Assembly (NCBI GenBank): GCA_003208875.1
Contig: QCUR01000003.1
Location: 96,001-160,000, forward strand
From: Prochlorococcus sp. AG-679-M23
GTDB taxonomy: Bacteria; Cyanobacteriota; Cyanobacteriia; PCC-6307; Cyanobiaceae
Direction of reading: 5' to 3'
Length of the DNA: 64,000 bases
The number at the start of each line of letters is the position of its first letter. The first letter of the stretch is position 1. Under the pieces are notes generated by a model that had not been told where the DNA came from, did not search any database, and worked only from the letters and a program-made list of their open reading frames with translations. The position numbers were made by a program, and so were the translations under genes. Shown in pieces: positions 20,623 through 31,231 of this stretch.

Positions 20623-20727
20623 ATGACTCAATTTAATTTGATAATAAATTCTCTACCAAGAGATCTTTTAGAATTTTCTTTCTTTCTTATTGTTGGTTTT
20701 ACAGCTGGTTCAATAGGTATAATATAA
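20623..20727 (+). CDS. Small membrane protein, 34 aa
   Basis: MTQFNLIINSLPRDLLEFSFFLIVGFTAGSIGII; GAGGAG upstream. Confidence 0.6.
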   Translation: MTQFNLIINSLPRDLLEFSFFLIVGFTAGSIGII

Positions 20728-20749
20728 AATTAATTTTTTTATTACAAAA

Positions 20750-21262
20750 TCAATATTTCAAAATTGATTCAATAGGATAATTAAATCTTAATGAACCACC
20801 AACTGCCTGGAGTTCAACCACCACCACAAGACCTGTAACTGTCTTGTCATTATCATCAAGAATTTTTGCAACGCATCCAGCGGTACCCCCGGTAGCAATC
20901 AAGTCATCAATAATTGCGAATGAATTAAACTTCTTAATTGAATCCTTCTGAATAGTTAATACATCTTCTCCATATTCCAGATTATATTTTTTTTTAATTA
21001 TTTCACCAGGCAATTTTCCTGGTTTCCTTGCAACTATCATAGGTTTTGAAGTTATCAAAGCTATTGCAGATCCAAAAACAAATCCTCTCGCATCAATAGA
21101 AATTATTGCTTCAGCATTTTTAATTAATTCACTAGAAGCCATTTTTATTATTAACTCTTTAAAAATTTTTGGGTGGTGAACAATCTCAAGGACATCTTTG
21201 AAATTAACTCCAGTTTTTGGATAATTTTCATAGGTTGGTATCAATTTTTTCAGTTTTTCCAT
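20750..21262 (-). CDS. apt: Adenine phosphoribosyltransferase
   Basis: IDARGF, ARKPGKLP, LEYG and IIDDLIATGGT (PRPP motif). Confidence 0.95.
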   Translation of the reverse strand: MEKLKKLIPTYENYPKTGVNFKDVLEIVHHPKIFKELIIKMASSELIKNAEAIISIDARGFVFGSAIALITSKPMIVARKPGKLPGEIIKKKYNLEYGEDVLTIQKDSIKKFNSFAIIDDLIATGGTAGCVAKILDDNDKTVTGLVVVVELQAVGGSLRFNYPIESILKY

Positions 21263-21521
21263 AACTTAGAATTAAAAATAAAAATAAAAATAACTTGTAC
21301 CACAATTAAATTTTATTTATTAACAAAATTCTAGCTATTAAAGATTTTTTAACTTAAAAAAAAATAATACCTTTTATATATCCCTTTAATCTATAACTTT
21401 AAAACTTTCTAGTGGCAAAATATCAGGGGAACTCATTTTCTAGCCTCAAAAGTGATTATTTATGAAATATTTAGCAATTTGGTCTTTTATAGATGACTGT
21501 TATGAACTAATATCTTATCAG

Positions 21522-21595
21522 CGGGGCGTGGCGCAGCTTGGTAGCGCGGGTGCTTTGGGAGCACTAGGTCGCAGGTTCGAATCCTGTCGCCCCGA
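21522..21595 (+). tRNA. tRNA-Pro(TGG), island integration hotspot
   Basis: CGGGGCG...CGCCCCG-A acceptor stem, anticodon loop TTTGGGA, GTTCGAATC. Confidence 0.97.
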
Positions 21596-21676
21596 TCAGT
21601 TAGAGCAGTAAGTCTCAGCTAATAATATATTTACCCTTAAAAGTAGTGTGCCCAAAAAGTGCCCATAATCTAAATT

Positions 21677-22105
21677 TTACTTGAGCTTTTTCAATGCAGT
21701 TAATGATATTGAATGTTTATTATCTCTAGAACTGTAATTAGCAATAGATAGAGCCTTTTGAAAATCTCCAAAATAAAACTCTTCCCAACTCCCATCTTCA
21801 TTAATAGTTAAAACTAATAGCAAGTCAGCTTCTCCTCTAATACCAATTTGTTTGGAATAATGATTTGCTTTGATCTGAACTTTTTTACCATTTTCATCAA
21901 TGGCGTCATATCCACTTGCTCCAGGATCAGCTTTAGTGAAACCATAATGATCAATTGCTACGCATTCTCCATAATCACCTAATAAGTTTCCAAGACCGGA
22001 CCATTTAAATTCAGGAGCTAAACTTCTCAAAGCATTTTGAGCTGCAAATATTGTTGCAAGAATATGTTTTATAGCATGTATTTTTTCTGTCATAACAAAT
22101 TTCAC
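21677..22105 (-). CDS. DUF6998-like protein, possible PD-(D/E)xK nuclease fold
   Basis: GNLLGDYGE...GYDA...VQIK motif pattern. Confidence 0.65.
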   Translation of the reverse strand: MKFVMTEKIHAIKHILATIFAAQNALRSLAPEFKWSGLGNLLGDYGECVAIDHYGFTKADPGASGYDAIDENGKKVQIKANHYSKQIGIRGEADLLLVLTINEDGSWEEFYFGDFQKALSIANYSSRDNKHSISLTALKKLK

Positions 22106-22329
22106 ACTTTAAAAATGATTTACATCAAAAACAGATAGTAGTGGGAGTAGTCAACGATTCATCTTCTATTTTTTAAATTTAAAAATAAGTTTGTGTAATT
22201 CGCAATAACTAATAACAGCAGAAGAAAAGTATTAATGGACATTAAATAAACAGGGATTTTATTCCCTTTAATATAAATCGACTTTCAATTACTAACTATT
22301 AGCGAGGAAAATAGTAAAAGTTTCTTTTA

Positions 22330-22635
22330 TTAATCACAACAACTGTCTTTTGTTAAAGAAGAAGTCCAGGAGGTTTCCTCCATTGTTGATAAGTCAACTC
22401 TATGAGTTGCCATCCAGTCACCATTTGCTTCAACAAACTTCTGAACATTTCCTTCTGGCGCTTGATGAATAACAATAATTTTTTGAGGATCTTCCTTGCT
22501 TACTCCTCTGAAAAGCGGCTTAATATCAAATTCTGAATGCCTTTTATCTGCTTCTGCACTATCAAATATCGAAGCCCATTCATCGAAAGTGCTTTCAATT
22601 TTAAAGGTAAACACGGAGGTAACTGAGCAGGACAT
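22330..22635 (-). CDS. DUF3764 family protein
   Basis: TSVFTFKIESTFDEW, LFRGVSKEDPQK pattern typical of this Prochlorococcus family. Confidence 0.75.
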   Translation of the reverse strand: MSCSVTSVFTFKIESTFDEWASIFDSAEADKRHSEFDIKPLFRGVSKEDPQKIIVIHQAPEGNVQKFVEANGDWMATHRVDLSTMEETSWTSSLTKDSCCD

Positions 22636-22803
22636 AAAAAAAGGAGCTAATTCCCTCTTATTTTATATCGACTGTCAGTTAATAACTACATTGATTATGT
22701 GCCCATAATGTGGCCAAAATCCGAGAAATTAGTCCTTATTAGGTTAGATTTTTTCTCTAAAAGTACTTTTAGCAAAATAAGTCTCACGTACATCTAGAAA
22801 CTT

Positions 22804-22861
<58 letters not shown>

Positions 22862-22875
22862 AACAAATTCATACT

Positions 22876-22900
22876 AGCGAGTCTACCAACTCGCTTTTTT
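22876..22900 (+). terminator. Intrinsic terminator after att remnant 1
   Basis: AGCGAGT-CTACCA-ACTCGCT followed by a T run. Confidence 0.8.
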
Positions 22901-23089
22901 ATTTCTCAGAAGTCTCAATAATTCAAAAAGCGATTAAATAGCGATTATTTGTATACCCTTATATGACGTTGTCCAGTTAATCGCTAACAACACTAGTTTC
23001 ACTAAATCTCTAAATAAATAAAATAATCAACAAATTACCAATATTAAAAATTAAACTCCAACCCTGAGAATTAATTTTCAATTTAAAAA

Positions 23090-23203
23090 TTACTTGTACG
23101 TATTTAGTAAAAAAATATAAATCCCCAATAAAACTGATATAGCTACACCTACACCAATAACTGTAGCTGGTTGATTATTCCAAAGCTCTGGAAAATATCC
23201 CAT
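23090..23203 (-). CDS. Small membrane protein, 37 aa
   Basis: MGYFPELWNNQPATVIGVGVAISVLLGIYIFLLNTYK, 9 nt downstream of hli. Confidence 0.65.
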   Translation of the reverse strand: MGYFPELWNNQPATVIGVGVAISVLLGIYIFLLNTYK

Positions 23204-23212
23204 GATTAAGAA

Positions 23213-23467
23213 TTAAAGGATTGGATATGCTATCCATCCAAATAAGGTGTAGTTAATAATGACAGCCATGAAGCCTATCATTGCCAGCCTTCCATTTGTT
23301 CTTTCCGCAATAAACCAATAGCTATTTGGCCATTTAAATTTAGTCGTATTAGATATTTGATCTTTTGAAAGTGGAGTCTCATTAGAAGTATTGTCCTGAT
23401 CAATATAATATTTGCTATCTGGATAAAAGCTTTCGCTTCGAATATTGTCTTCTTTTTTTTTAATCAT
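23213..23467 (-). CDS. hli: High-light inducible protein
   Basis: AERTNGRLAMIGF motif. Confidence 0.93.
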   Translation of the reverse strand: MIKKKEDNIRSESFYPDSKYYIDQDNTSNETPLSKDQISNTTKFKWPNSYWFIAERTNGRLAMIGFMAVIINYTLFGWIAYPIL

Positions 23468-23774
23468 TTTTAAAAATTTGAATTTTATACATCTTAAAAA
23501 CTAAAAAACCTAAATAGGTTAAAAAACCATTTATTCAAAAAACCTTTTACTTACATGAAAAAGAGCCAATTTTCCCTTATTTAGATCCACTACCAATCAA
23601 TAATATTTTATGTTTTTAAAAATCACTAGGTCGAGCCTTAGCGATTAATTGTATACCTAAGGATAGTATTGTAAATCTTTGGCCTATTTTTAAGACTTGT
23701 AACTTTATAGATAAAGCAACTAACGAGCTATAGCCTCACTTGTTTATTTAACCTACTGTCTCAATTAGTCGTAT

Positions 23775-23822
23775 GGGTGCTTTGGGAGAACCAGGTCGCA
23801 GGTTTGAATCCTGTCGCCCCGA
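23775..23822 (+). repeat. tRNA-Pro 3' fragment (att remnant 2)
   Basis: 48 bp, 3 mismatches. Confidence 0.93.
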
Positions 23823-24058
23823 TCATTTATAGCAACGGATCCTATATATTTTTTACATTCTGAAATGAGAAAGGGTAGCTAGAAGGGCAGCTAAGAAGTA
23901 CTTATAAATAAATATGCAAATATTTCTATTCATTGAAAAAACCATTTAGCAAGAATGTGCACTAATTAAAACAATTTTTGCAAATCTAATTTATTTAGAA
24001 CTCTTTTTTTCCACAATCGAAGGTTATAAAATTGACTGTATAAAATTTTTTTTCTTAA

Positions 24059-24913
24059 GTGAAACTTTTTTTATCAGGTCTTCCAAGATTCAACGAAAAA
24101 TCTCTGAGTGATTTAAAGTTATTTCTGAAAAAAAATAAGATTCAGAAAATATATGCAGCCTTTTGGATATCTGATTTAGATTCTCAGAGAAAAGTTGAAA
24201 ACTTTAGAAATATATTTAAAAATGCTGATGTTTTTGAAGTCCCCGAAAAATTATTTAAATCAAGAGATACTTTTTATTGGATGGAATTAAAAGATAAAAG
24301 GATAGAAAAACAATATTTCTTATTAAATTTTCTTTTAAATAAAATTCCAGAGCAATACGGAGAATTTGTTAGATATAGAAGTGATTTAGTATGGGAAATA
24401 ATACCTCAAATACAAGATAAGCTTAAAAAAAATATTTTTTTAACTACTCCATTTGAAGGCCATGAATACGTACCCTTTGAACCAAACATATTAAACGATC
24501 AATTTTATATTGCGGAAATTTCATTGATAAGATCAGTTTTTAGAATTATTTTTGAGAGTAATCCTAAAGAATTAAGAGCTCTTCATCTAAAGCAGAAAAC
24601 AAAGCTTTGCTTTACTCAACCGCCTTGTTCTTTGCAAGGCATAGAGGGTTTACTCTTTGAGATTTTGTCAGAACTTAGAGCTGATATTAATTATTGCTTT
24701 GGTTATTACTCTATTTTTTATAAGCCAGAACAAACTCTTTTTAAAAAACTATGTCTTTTTGAAATTAATCACCCATCAATATTCTTCTTTAAAAATTCTC
24801 CATCAAGAATTAATTTAGCATTTCTACTTAATTTTTTTGTTTGGCTTCCAGGGAGATTTAGTCTCAAACTTAATAAAGTTATGACAAAAATTAAGATTTA
24901 TCTCTTTTCGTAA
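24059..24913 (+). CDS. Hypothetical protein, possible glycosyltransferase-like enzyme
   Basis: N-terminal LSGLPR, RxRxD (RYRSDL) and NDQF motifs seen in phage/LPS-associated GT-like proteins (inference). Confidence 0.55.
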   Translation: MKLFLSGLPRFNEKSLSDLKLFLKKNKIQKIYAAFWISDLDSQRKVENFRNIFKNADVFEVPEKLFKSRDTFYWMELKDKRIEKQYFLLNFLLNKIPEQYGEFVRYRSDLVWEIIPQIQDKLKKNIFLTTPFEGHEYVPFEPNILNDQFYIAEISLIRSVFRIIFESNPKELRALHLKQKTKLCFTQPPCSLQGIEGLLFEILSELRADINYCFGYYSIFYKPEQTLFKKLCLFEINHPSIFFFKNSPSRINLAFLLNFFVWLPGRFSLKLNKVMTKIKIYLFS

Positions 24914-25097
24914 ATAAATATAAGAGTTAAAACATGAATCAAAAAAAAACTTAAGCTTGCAAAGGGGTAGCTAGTGATTAATTACATGTAAGTATAAGCA
25001 AGGATAATGAGACTGATAACTTATAAAAGTTATTGAAAATTTAATTAATATTTATGTTATAAAAATCTCAAGATTTTTTAAAAATACTGCTAAGTAA

Positions 25098-25139
25098 TTT
25101 GGAAGCACTAAGTCGCAGGTTCTAATCATATAGCCCCGA
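25098..25139 (+). repeat. tRNA-Pro 3' fragment (att remnant 3)
   Basis: 42 bp, 6 mismatches. Confidence 0.88.
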
Positions 25140-25268
25140 TTTGTTATTGAAGTAAGTCTCTGCTAATTCATAATTTATCCTAAAAAATAGATTGCTCAAA
25201 AAGTACTCAAATTTAAATTTATAAAGAAATTAATTTAGCAAATATTTATAAAAAATTTGTTTCTGAAG

Positions 25269-25925
25269 TTAAAAATTAGATTTCAGATTTTTTAAAAACT
25301 TGAAATCACTTTCATAAAAATCATAAAGAAAACTTAAATCTCTAGGAGTTAATTCTTCTTTAATCCATAATTTATTTTTACTTGAGTTGATTTTAGGAAC
25401 TCCCAAAAATACTTTTAATTTATTTTGCAAGATTTTGGGGACTTCATGATTTAGTTCATCAAAAAGAATTACCTTATCAACTAACAATTTATTAGTTTCA
25501 CTATCATACAAAAATTTTACTTGAGGAGAAATATGTCTTTGCAAATCACTAAATTTATTTAGTTTAATCACCTTTGATATATACTCCTCTACACTTTCAA
25601 TTCCATTAATATTATTTGAATTTTTTTTTGGAATTCTTTGATAATTAATTTCTGACAATATTCGGTCAACTGGATTTCTTATAATTGAAAATTTAAAAAA
25701 ATTATCATATTTTTCTTTTGGAATATATCCAAATTTAAAATACTCTTCGGCATAAAGATGTGCTAGTCTTTCGGGACCTTTTTCATTAGCCTTCCTAGGG
25801 CGTAAAAGTAAGGGGTGTCTCTGTTGCCAATTAAGACCTAAGTCTGTAAGAAAGATATTTTCAATAGATTGGCCTGCACATTTAGGTATATGGATAAAAA
25901 TAATTTTATGTTTTATTGAAATCAT
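25269..25925 (-). CDS. Sulfotransferase family 2 protein
   Basis: FIHIPKCAGQSI, IRNPVDRILS, H..PQ, Y..DF motifs. Confidence 0.9.
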   Translation of the reverse strand: MISIKHKIIFIHIPKCAGQSIENIFLTDLGLNWQQRHPLLLRPRKANEKGPERLAHLYAEEYFKFGYIPKEKYDNFFKFSIIRNPVDRILSEINYQRIPKKNSNNINGIESVEEYISKVIKLNKFSDLQRHISPQVKFLYDSETNKLLVDKVILFDELNHEVPKILQNKLKVFLGVPKINSSKNKLWIKEELTPRDLSFLYDFYESDFKFLKNLKSNF

Positions 25926-25989
25926 CTCAAAAAATTTTTATTTATTAAGGAGTTATTTTTATAGAAATTTAATTTTATGATACCAATTA

Positions 25990-26032
25990 CTTTGGCTACT
26001 CTAGGTCGCAAGTTCGAATCCTGTCGCCCCTA
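25990..26032 (+). repeat. tRNA-Pro 3' fragment (att remnant 4)
   Basis: CTTTGG...CTAGGTCGCAaGTTCGAATCCTGTCGCCCC, about 6 mismatches. Confidence 0.9.
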
Positions 26033-26432
26033 CTCTAATAATCTAAGTCATAGAATGATTTCCCAGCTTGTCTTTTTTATTGATAATTCTCTCATATTGA
26101 AATAGGGGATCTGTAGGTGGATCTAGAATCTTCAAAAATCCCCAATAGGTACTTAATTAATGACACTATCGGATGCAGAAGTAAAAGTATCCTTAAATAG
26201 TGACTTTAATGCTTATATGAAAGCTATTTTTTTAACATTAATTGTTGAACAGTTTGTATCTTTATTCCAAATATTCTTTGCTTACTTTTAATTTGATTGA
26301 TGTTTTAGTAATTTGTAAATCTTCAGAACAAAACCTTCTTTTTAGATAAATGAATTATCAATTTATTATCCAATAAATTATGTCATTTACTATCATTTAA
26401 TTATATCAACAAGTAAATTACGCAAATATTAA

Positions 26433-28220
26433 ATGGATGATAAAAGTAAAAAAGAAATCCAAGCATTTAAAGCTTTAAAAAAAGGCAACCATCTAGAGGC
26501 AGAAAATTTACTTAGACAAATTGTCTCAGATGGAACTAATAATTATTTTATTTATGGAAACTTGGCAATTTTAAGTGGAAAAAAAGGAAATATTAATGAA
26601 ATGCTCGAATACTTAACGCATTCAACCAAGCTAAACCCAAATTACGCTGAAGGGTATTTTAATTTAGGCATTATTTATTTAAAAAAAGGGGATTTTGATA
26701 ATGCTGTAAATTCTTTTTTAAACACAATTAGAATAAGGCCTGAGGACTCAAATGCTCTAAATATGCTTGGAGTAGCTTTTTTTAAAAAAGGAAATATAAA
26801 ATCATCAATTAGTTATTATTCAAAGGCAATAAAATTAAATCCCCAGAACGAAAACATCTATAACAACCTGGCAATTGCATATTCAAAGTCAGGTAATATT
26901 GAAGCTGCCGTATCAATTTACTTAAAGGCCTTAAAAATAGATTCAAATAGTTTTTCTACACTTTTTAATTTAGGAAGAATTTATCAACAAAAAGGTGATT
27001 TAGAAAAAGCTTTGGAAACTTTCGAAGCAATATTAAAGCTCAAAAATGTTTATTCCCTTGATTTGGTCTTCAATGAAATTGGAATTACCTTACAAAAAAA
27101 AGGAGATTTTCAATCAGCTATTAAAGCTTATTTAAAAGCAATTAAGCTCAATAAAAATTTAATCCAGTCATACAATAATTTGGGTTATGCTCAATTTGAA
27201 ATGGAGGATTTTGACTCCGCTACCTCCAGTTTTTTAAAGGCAATAAAACTTAATTCCAAAAATGCAATAGCTAGAAAAAATTTAAGTAAAATCTTTTTGC
27301 TCAACGGAAATTACAAGGAGGGATTAAAAAATTATGAATACAGGTATGAGCATTCAAACATAAGAATCCTTCCACACGCATCTCCCAATATTCCTATTTG
27401 GAGTGGGGAGGATTCAGAAAGGCCTGATAAGTTATTAGTTGTCTCAGAACAAGGTTTAGGAGATACCCTCCAGTTCATGAGATTTTTACCTTTATTAAGA
27501 AAAAAAGATCAAAAGGTTTATTTTTGTGCTCAAGAAAAACTTCACGGTCTAATCAAAAATTCAAAAATAGACTTGGATCCATTATCCCCAAATAAAGCAA
27601 ATAAATTTTCAGAAGGCAAATGGATTCCATTATTATCACTTCCAAAAATACTTAATATTCGTCCAAAAAATCAACTTATAAAGTCTCCCTATATCATTTC
27701 TGATGAGTATTTAATTAATAAATGGAAATTATTATTTTCTAAATATGAAGAGAAAATAATTGGCATTCATTGGCAAGGTAACCCAGATACTGAGCAAGGA
27801 ATTCATAAAGGAAGATCTTTATTACTTAGCGAATTTTCAACACTAGCTGAAAATAGTAAATGCAAATTTTTATCCTTGCAAAAAGGTTATGGAGAGGAAC
27901 AATTAAAAGATTGCCTATTTAAGGATAAATTTGTTGATTTTCAAAAAGAGGTCAATGAGATCTGGGATTTTGTTGAAACATCATCAATTATTGCAAATTG
28001 TGATTTGATAATTACTTCAGACTCTGCAGTTGCTCACTTGGCTGCAGGCATGGGTAAAAAAACATGGCTATTACTTCAAAAAATACCTGATTGGAGATGG
28101 GGTTTAAGAGGGAATCATACCTTCTGGTATGAAAGCATGGAAATATTTCGCCAAGTTGAGATAAATAATTGGCGGGAAGTAATGATAAGGGTTTCAATAA
28201 GACTAAATAATTTTTTTTAA
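26433..28220 (+). CDS. TPR-repeat protein with GT9-like glycosyltransferase domain
   Basis: About 8 TPRs; EQGLGDTLQF, SLQKG, DLIITSDSAVAHLAAGMG, WRW motifs. Confidence 0.88.
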   Translation: MDDKSKKEIQAFKALKKGNHLEAENLLRQIVSDGTNNYFIYGNLAILSGKKGNINEMLEYLTHSTKLNPNYAEGYFNLGIIYLKKGDFDNAVNSFLNTIRIRPEDSNALNMLGVAFFKKGNIKSSISYYSKAIKLNPQNENIYNNLAIAYSKSGNIEAAVSIYLKALKIDSNSFSTLFNLGRIYQQKGDLEKALETFEAILKLKNVYSLDLVFNEIGITLQKKGDFQSAIKAYLKAIKLNKNLIQSYNNLGYAQFEMEDFDSATSSFLKAIKLNSKNAIARKNLSKIFLLNGNYKEGLKNYEYRYEHSNIRILPHASPNIPIWSGEDSERPDKLLVVSEQGLGDTLQFMRFLPLLRKKDQKVYFCAQEKLHGLIKNSKIDLDPLSPNKANKFSEGKWIPLLSLPKILNIRPKNQLIKSPYIISDEYLINKWKLLFSKYEEKIIGIHWQGNPDTEQGIHKGRSLLLSEFSTLAENSKCKFLSLQKGYGEEQLKDCLFKDKFVDFQKEVNEIWDFVETSSIIANCDLIITSDSAVAHLAAGMGKKTWLLLQKIPDWRWGLRGNHTFWYESMEIFRQVEINNWREVMIRVSIRLNNFF

Positions 28221-28229
28221 TAATTAAAT

Positions 28230-28631
28230 ATGAAAAAATCCTCTATTAAAAAAAAAGTTATTAATGCTCCAATCTCAATTGGAGAGCTCATAGATAAAAT
28301 TACTATCCTTGAAATCAAAAAAATTAAATTACAAAATTCTAAATTGGAAAATGTATTGAAAGAACTTTCTTTTTTGAGAAAATTAATGGAAAGACACCAA
28401 ATAGAAATAACTGATGATTTATTTACTCAGCTTAAAGAAATAAACCTAACATTATGGAATATTGAGGACCAAATAAGAATAAAAGAGAAAAACAAAGAAT
28501 TCGATAATACTTTTATTGAATTAGCCAGATCTGTTTATTTTAAAAATGATAAACGTGCAGAAATTAAAAAAAGTATAAATCGATTATCAAATTCTGAAAT
28601 TACTGAAGAAAAGTTTTATGAAGATTATTAA
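28230..28631 (+). CDS. DUF6165-like protein
   Basis: PISIGELIDKITILEIK and ARSVY..ND.RA.IK motifs; follows the TPR-GT gene. Confidence 0.8.
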   Translation: MKKSSIKKKVINAPISIGELIDKITILEIKKIKLQNSKLENVLKELSFLRKLMERHQIEITDDLFTQLKEINLTLWNIEDQIRIKEKNKEFDNTFIELARSVYFKNDKRAEIKKSINRLSNSEITEEKFYEDY

Positions 28632-28658
28632 ATACTGAAACCTATATGGTTTGCAGTC

Positions 28659-29459
28659 TTAAAACAAATTTAATAAATCGTTTGGCAAATTAGGAAATTT
28701 TATAATTTCTTCTTTTATAAAATTCTTCATTAATTTTTTTTCTTTATCACAAATCTCCATTGCTTTTCCGTAAATAAATTTTTCTTTATTTGGTTTTGTT
28801 GGTTGCTGGAATGTATTGATCTTAAGTTTATCGCATATATATTCAATGGTTGTTTCAAAATTATTTTTCAATTCCGAATAATTTACTAAAACTATATTCG
28901 ATGAATTTCTTGCTGAGTTTTTCGCATCAATTATGTGTGATGCCCATCTCGCAAAATAATTCGTATAATTTTCTATTTGATATCTTTGCGACTGTCCTTT
29001 TGGATTAGTTTTAATAAGTTCTAAGGGTGAACTTAACTTAGGGCCTTCCAACCAATTCCATCTATGCAAAAACTTCCAATAAGAAATAAAAACCTCCTCA
29101 GGATTCCTATAAATGTATATAACCCTACATAAATTTTTATTATGATCCAAAAGACTTAAAGGGAAATGGGACTTGATAATACTGTTAACGCAGTAAGTGT
29201 TACATTCATTTTGACTAATGTCTTGCAAAGAAAAAAGAAATTTATTCATACTTTCCTTTGAAAAAAAATTAACAAAAGAACCTAAAGGCATATAGTCAAA
29301 GTTTAAGAATGGATTAACGGTGTATTCAGTACATTCTGCAATTGAGTTCATCATGAAATGAGTCCCGCTTCTTTCATGAGAACATACCATTAAGGGAATC
29401 TTCACTTTCTCAGAACAAGAGAGTATAAAGCTTGGACCGTTGATCTTGTAATTAATCAT
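28659..29459 (-). CDS. Sulfotransferase domain protein
   Basis: SHERSGTHF, IKSH, YIYRNPEEVFISY motifs. Confidence 0.85.
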   Translation of the reverse strand: MINYKINGPSFILSCSEKVKIPLMVCSHERSGTHFMMNSIAECTEYTVNPFLNFDYMPLGSFVNFFSKESMNKFLFSLQDISQNECNTYCVNSIIKSHFPLSLLDHNKNLCRVIYIYRNPEEVFISYWKFLHRWNWLEGPKLSSPLELIKTNPKGQSQRYQIENYTNYFARWASHIIDAKNSARNSSNIVLVNYSELKNNFETTIEYICDKLKINTFQQPTKPNKEKFIYGKAMEICDKEKKLMKNFIKEEIIKFPNLPNDLLNLF

Positions 29460-29464
29460 TGGAT

Positions 29465-29842
29465 CTAAAATTTAAGTTTTGTTTTTACTCTATTTTTATT
29501 TACAGAATTAAATTTAAAAAGTCCCGAATCAGTAAATATAGTCAATTCATCTCCATATGATTCTTTTATAGATAAACCTTCAGACTCTAAATTTTTAACA
29601 AATACATTTCCAATTAGTTTTAAAATTTTCTCATCTTTGTCATAAGTAAGTTTATTTGAGGAAGCTTCAAAATTATTATTAATACTTTTGATAATTACAT
29701 TACCAATAGCTTCAAAATTACCTTTGACATTTTGTATCTGAGAATCAGAAATTATAGTGTAATTCAGTTTCTCTTTTGCAAATGAAATTTCGCTTAGAAG
29801 AAATAGTACTGCTGCAAATAGTGAAAATTTCATTTTATGCAA
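29465..29842 (-). CDS. LptA/OstA-like exported protein (start likely 29833)
   Basis: Signal peptide; SD.Q, A.GNV, L.GNV beta-jellyroll pattern. Confidence 0.7.
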   Translation of the reverse strand: MHKMKFSLFAAVLFLLSEISFAKEKLNYTIISDSQIQNVKGNFEAIGNVIIKSINNNFEASSNKLTYDKDEKILKLIGNVFVKNLESEGLSIKESYGDELTIFTDSGLFKFNSVNKNRVKTKLKF

Positions 29843-30087
29843 TTCTTATAACCTTCTATTTTTGCTAATTCTTTAATACTTAAACCAGTATCTTTTAAAA
29901 GTGTTTCTCCAATATTATCGTTATTGAATTTATTTAAAGCACCTTTTTCAGAGAGTTTTATACATATGTTTTTATATTTAGCTTCTTTAATTACTGGAGA
30001 TACATACAAACCTAATAAAATTAAAAAGCCTCCAAAAGTTAGAACTCTTCTATGATTTTTCCACCATTGATAAAATTTATTAGTCAT
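29830..30087 (-). CDS. Hypothetical membrane-anchored protein
   Basis: Intact ORF with one TM helix, overlapping the next gene. Confidence 0.7.
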   Translation of the reverse strand: MTNKFYQWWKNHRRVLTFGGFLILLGLYVSPVIKEAKYKNICIKLSEKGALNKFNNDNIGETLLKDTGLSIKELAKIEGYKNCIK

Positions 30088-30173
30088 TTAAGAAAGACAG
30101 TTTTATCTCTCTAATATAGAGTATCTTTACATTCGTTTAATAAATATTTTTAAATTCTATAAATTTAAAATTT

Positions 30174-30449
30174 TCAAAATTTCCGAAAACAAGCATCTCC
30201 AACTAACAATACTTTCCAATACTTATTTTTAGCATTTTTAATCCTTAATAAATAATTTGGATTGACTGAGAGAATAGTTTTAATTTGGATATTACCGTCA
30301 CTTCCATCTTTTATAATATTGTAAAAGCATTTCCTACTATTTATTGAAATTATCCCAGGCCAAATTGCAATAACTCCTAGAGAAAAACCTAAAAAAAGAA
30401 TAGATAAATTTTTGATATAAAAAACTTTAAAAAATTTTTTCTTTCTCAT
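30174..30449 (-). CDS. Hypothetical membrane-anchored protein
   Basis: Intact ORF, TM helix, C-terminal GDACFR. Confidence 0.7.
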   Translation of the reverse strand: MRKKKFFKVFYIKNLSILFLGFSLGVIAIWPGIISINSRKCFYNIIKDGSDGNIQIKTILSVNPNYLLRIKNAKNKYWKVLLVGDACFRKF

Positions 30450-30890
30450 TTCAAAATTTATTTTGTTGAATTAATTTATTACAATATTCACAAATAAAAA
30501 AACTTCTACCAAAGCGATTATACTGCTATTTTTCAAGACTAATTTTTTAACCACTCGATAAACCCTCCTCAGGATTACAAAGTTTTATCCTAAATGCCTG
30601 ATTGTAGTATAAAAATATCCATACGCTACTAATAATAAATTAGGAATAGTTTAAAAGTTTCAAAAAGGTAATAAAAACTAATTTCAAAAATAAATTATTT
30701 AGTGAATTGTTAATTCAATACTTTATATCGATTTAATAATTAATAATGTTAGTAAAAACAAAAAATATTAGCCCAAGTAAAAAACTTTTAAGTATTTTCA
30801 AGAATTATACTTTATTATTTATGAATGCTTAAATTAAATACAATACCTACGTTTTGTGGAATAGTATAGATATTTAAATTGTAATTAAAA

Positions 30891-31142
30891 ATGTTTAGCT
30901 CAAAAGAATCCGATTCAGCAAATCCAGAAAATAAAAAATTTCCTACATTAGACTTTGATGGTAAGAAATACGATATAAATTCACTGCCTGACGAAGTTAA
31001 AGATCTTATCAAAGGTTTACAAGTTGCAGATACACAAATTCGAATGCATAAAGATACTTTAAAACTTTTAGATTTAGGAAGAAAATCACTTGGCGCTCAA
31101 TTAAAACAAAAATTAGAAAATATATTTCCAGTAGAAGACTAA
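30891..31142 (+). CDS. DUF6447-like small protein
   Basis: L.FDGKKYDINSLP.E followed by a coiled-coil. Confidence 0.7.
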   Translation: MFSSKESDSANPENKKFPTLDFDGKKYDINSLPDEVKDLIKGLQVADTQIRMHKDTLKLLDLGRKSLGAQLKQKLENIFPVED

Positions 31143-31231
31143 AAAATTTAATTAACTTAATCTAGTTGATTTGATAAAAATCCTTTTTAATTATCTTATA
31201 TTTAAGTTATTAAAATATTCTTAAAAATTAA

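Larger units (their letters stand above)
23823..25139. mobile_element. Integrase-less cassette 3 (GGGTAGCTA-type ends)
   Basis: AAGGGTAGCTAG-AAGGGCAGCTAA at 23871-23894 and GGGTAGCTAG at 24965-24974. Confidence 0.7.
25140..26032. mobile_element. Decayed cassette 4 (left arm homologous to cassette 1)
   Basis: 25140-25220 aligns almost ungapped with 21596-21677. Confidence 0.65.

Noticed and set aside
23624..23633. CACTAGGTCG, a 10 bp match to tRNA-Pro, as a fifth att remnant
   Set aside because: Too short to distinguish from chance; the flanks do not match.
30500..30660. Possible gene remnant or cassette end (AGCGATTA at about 30513)
   Set aside because: Single motif copy, no tRNA fragment nearby, and frames are interrupted.
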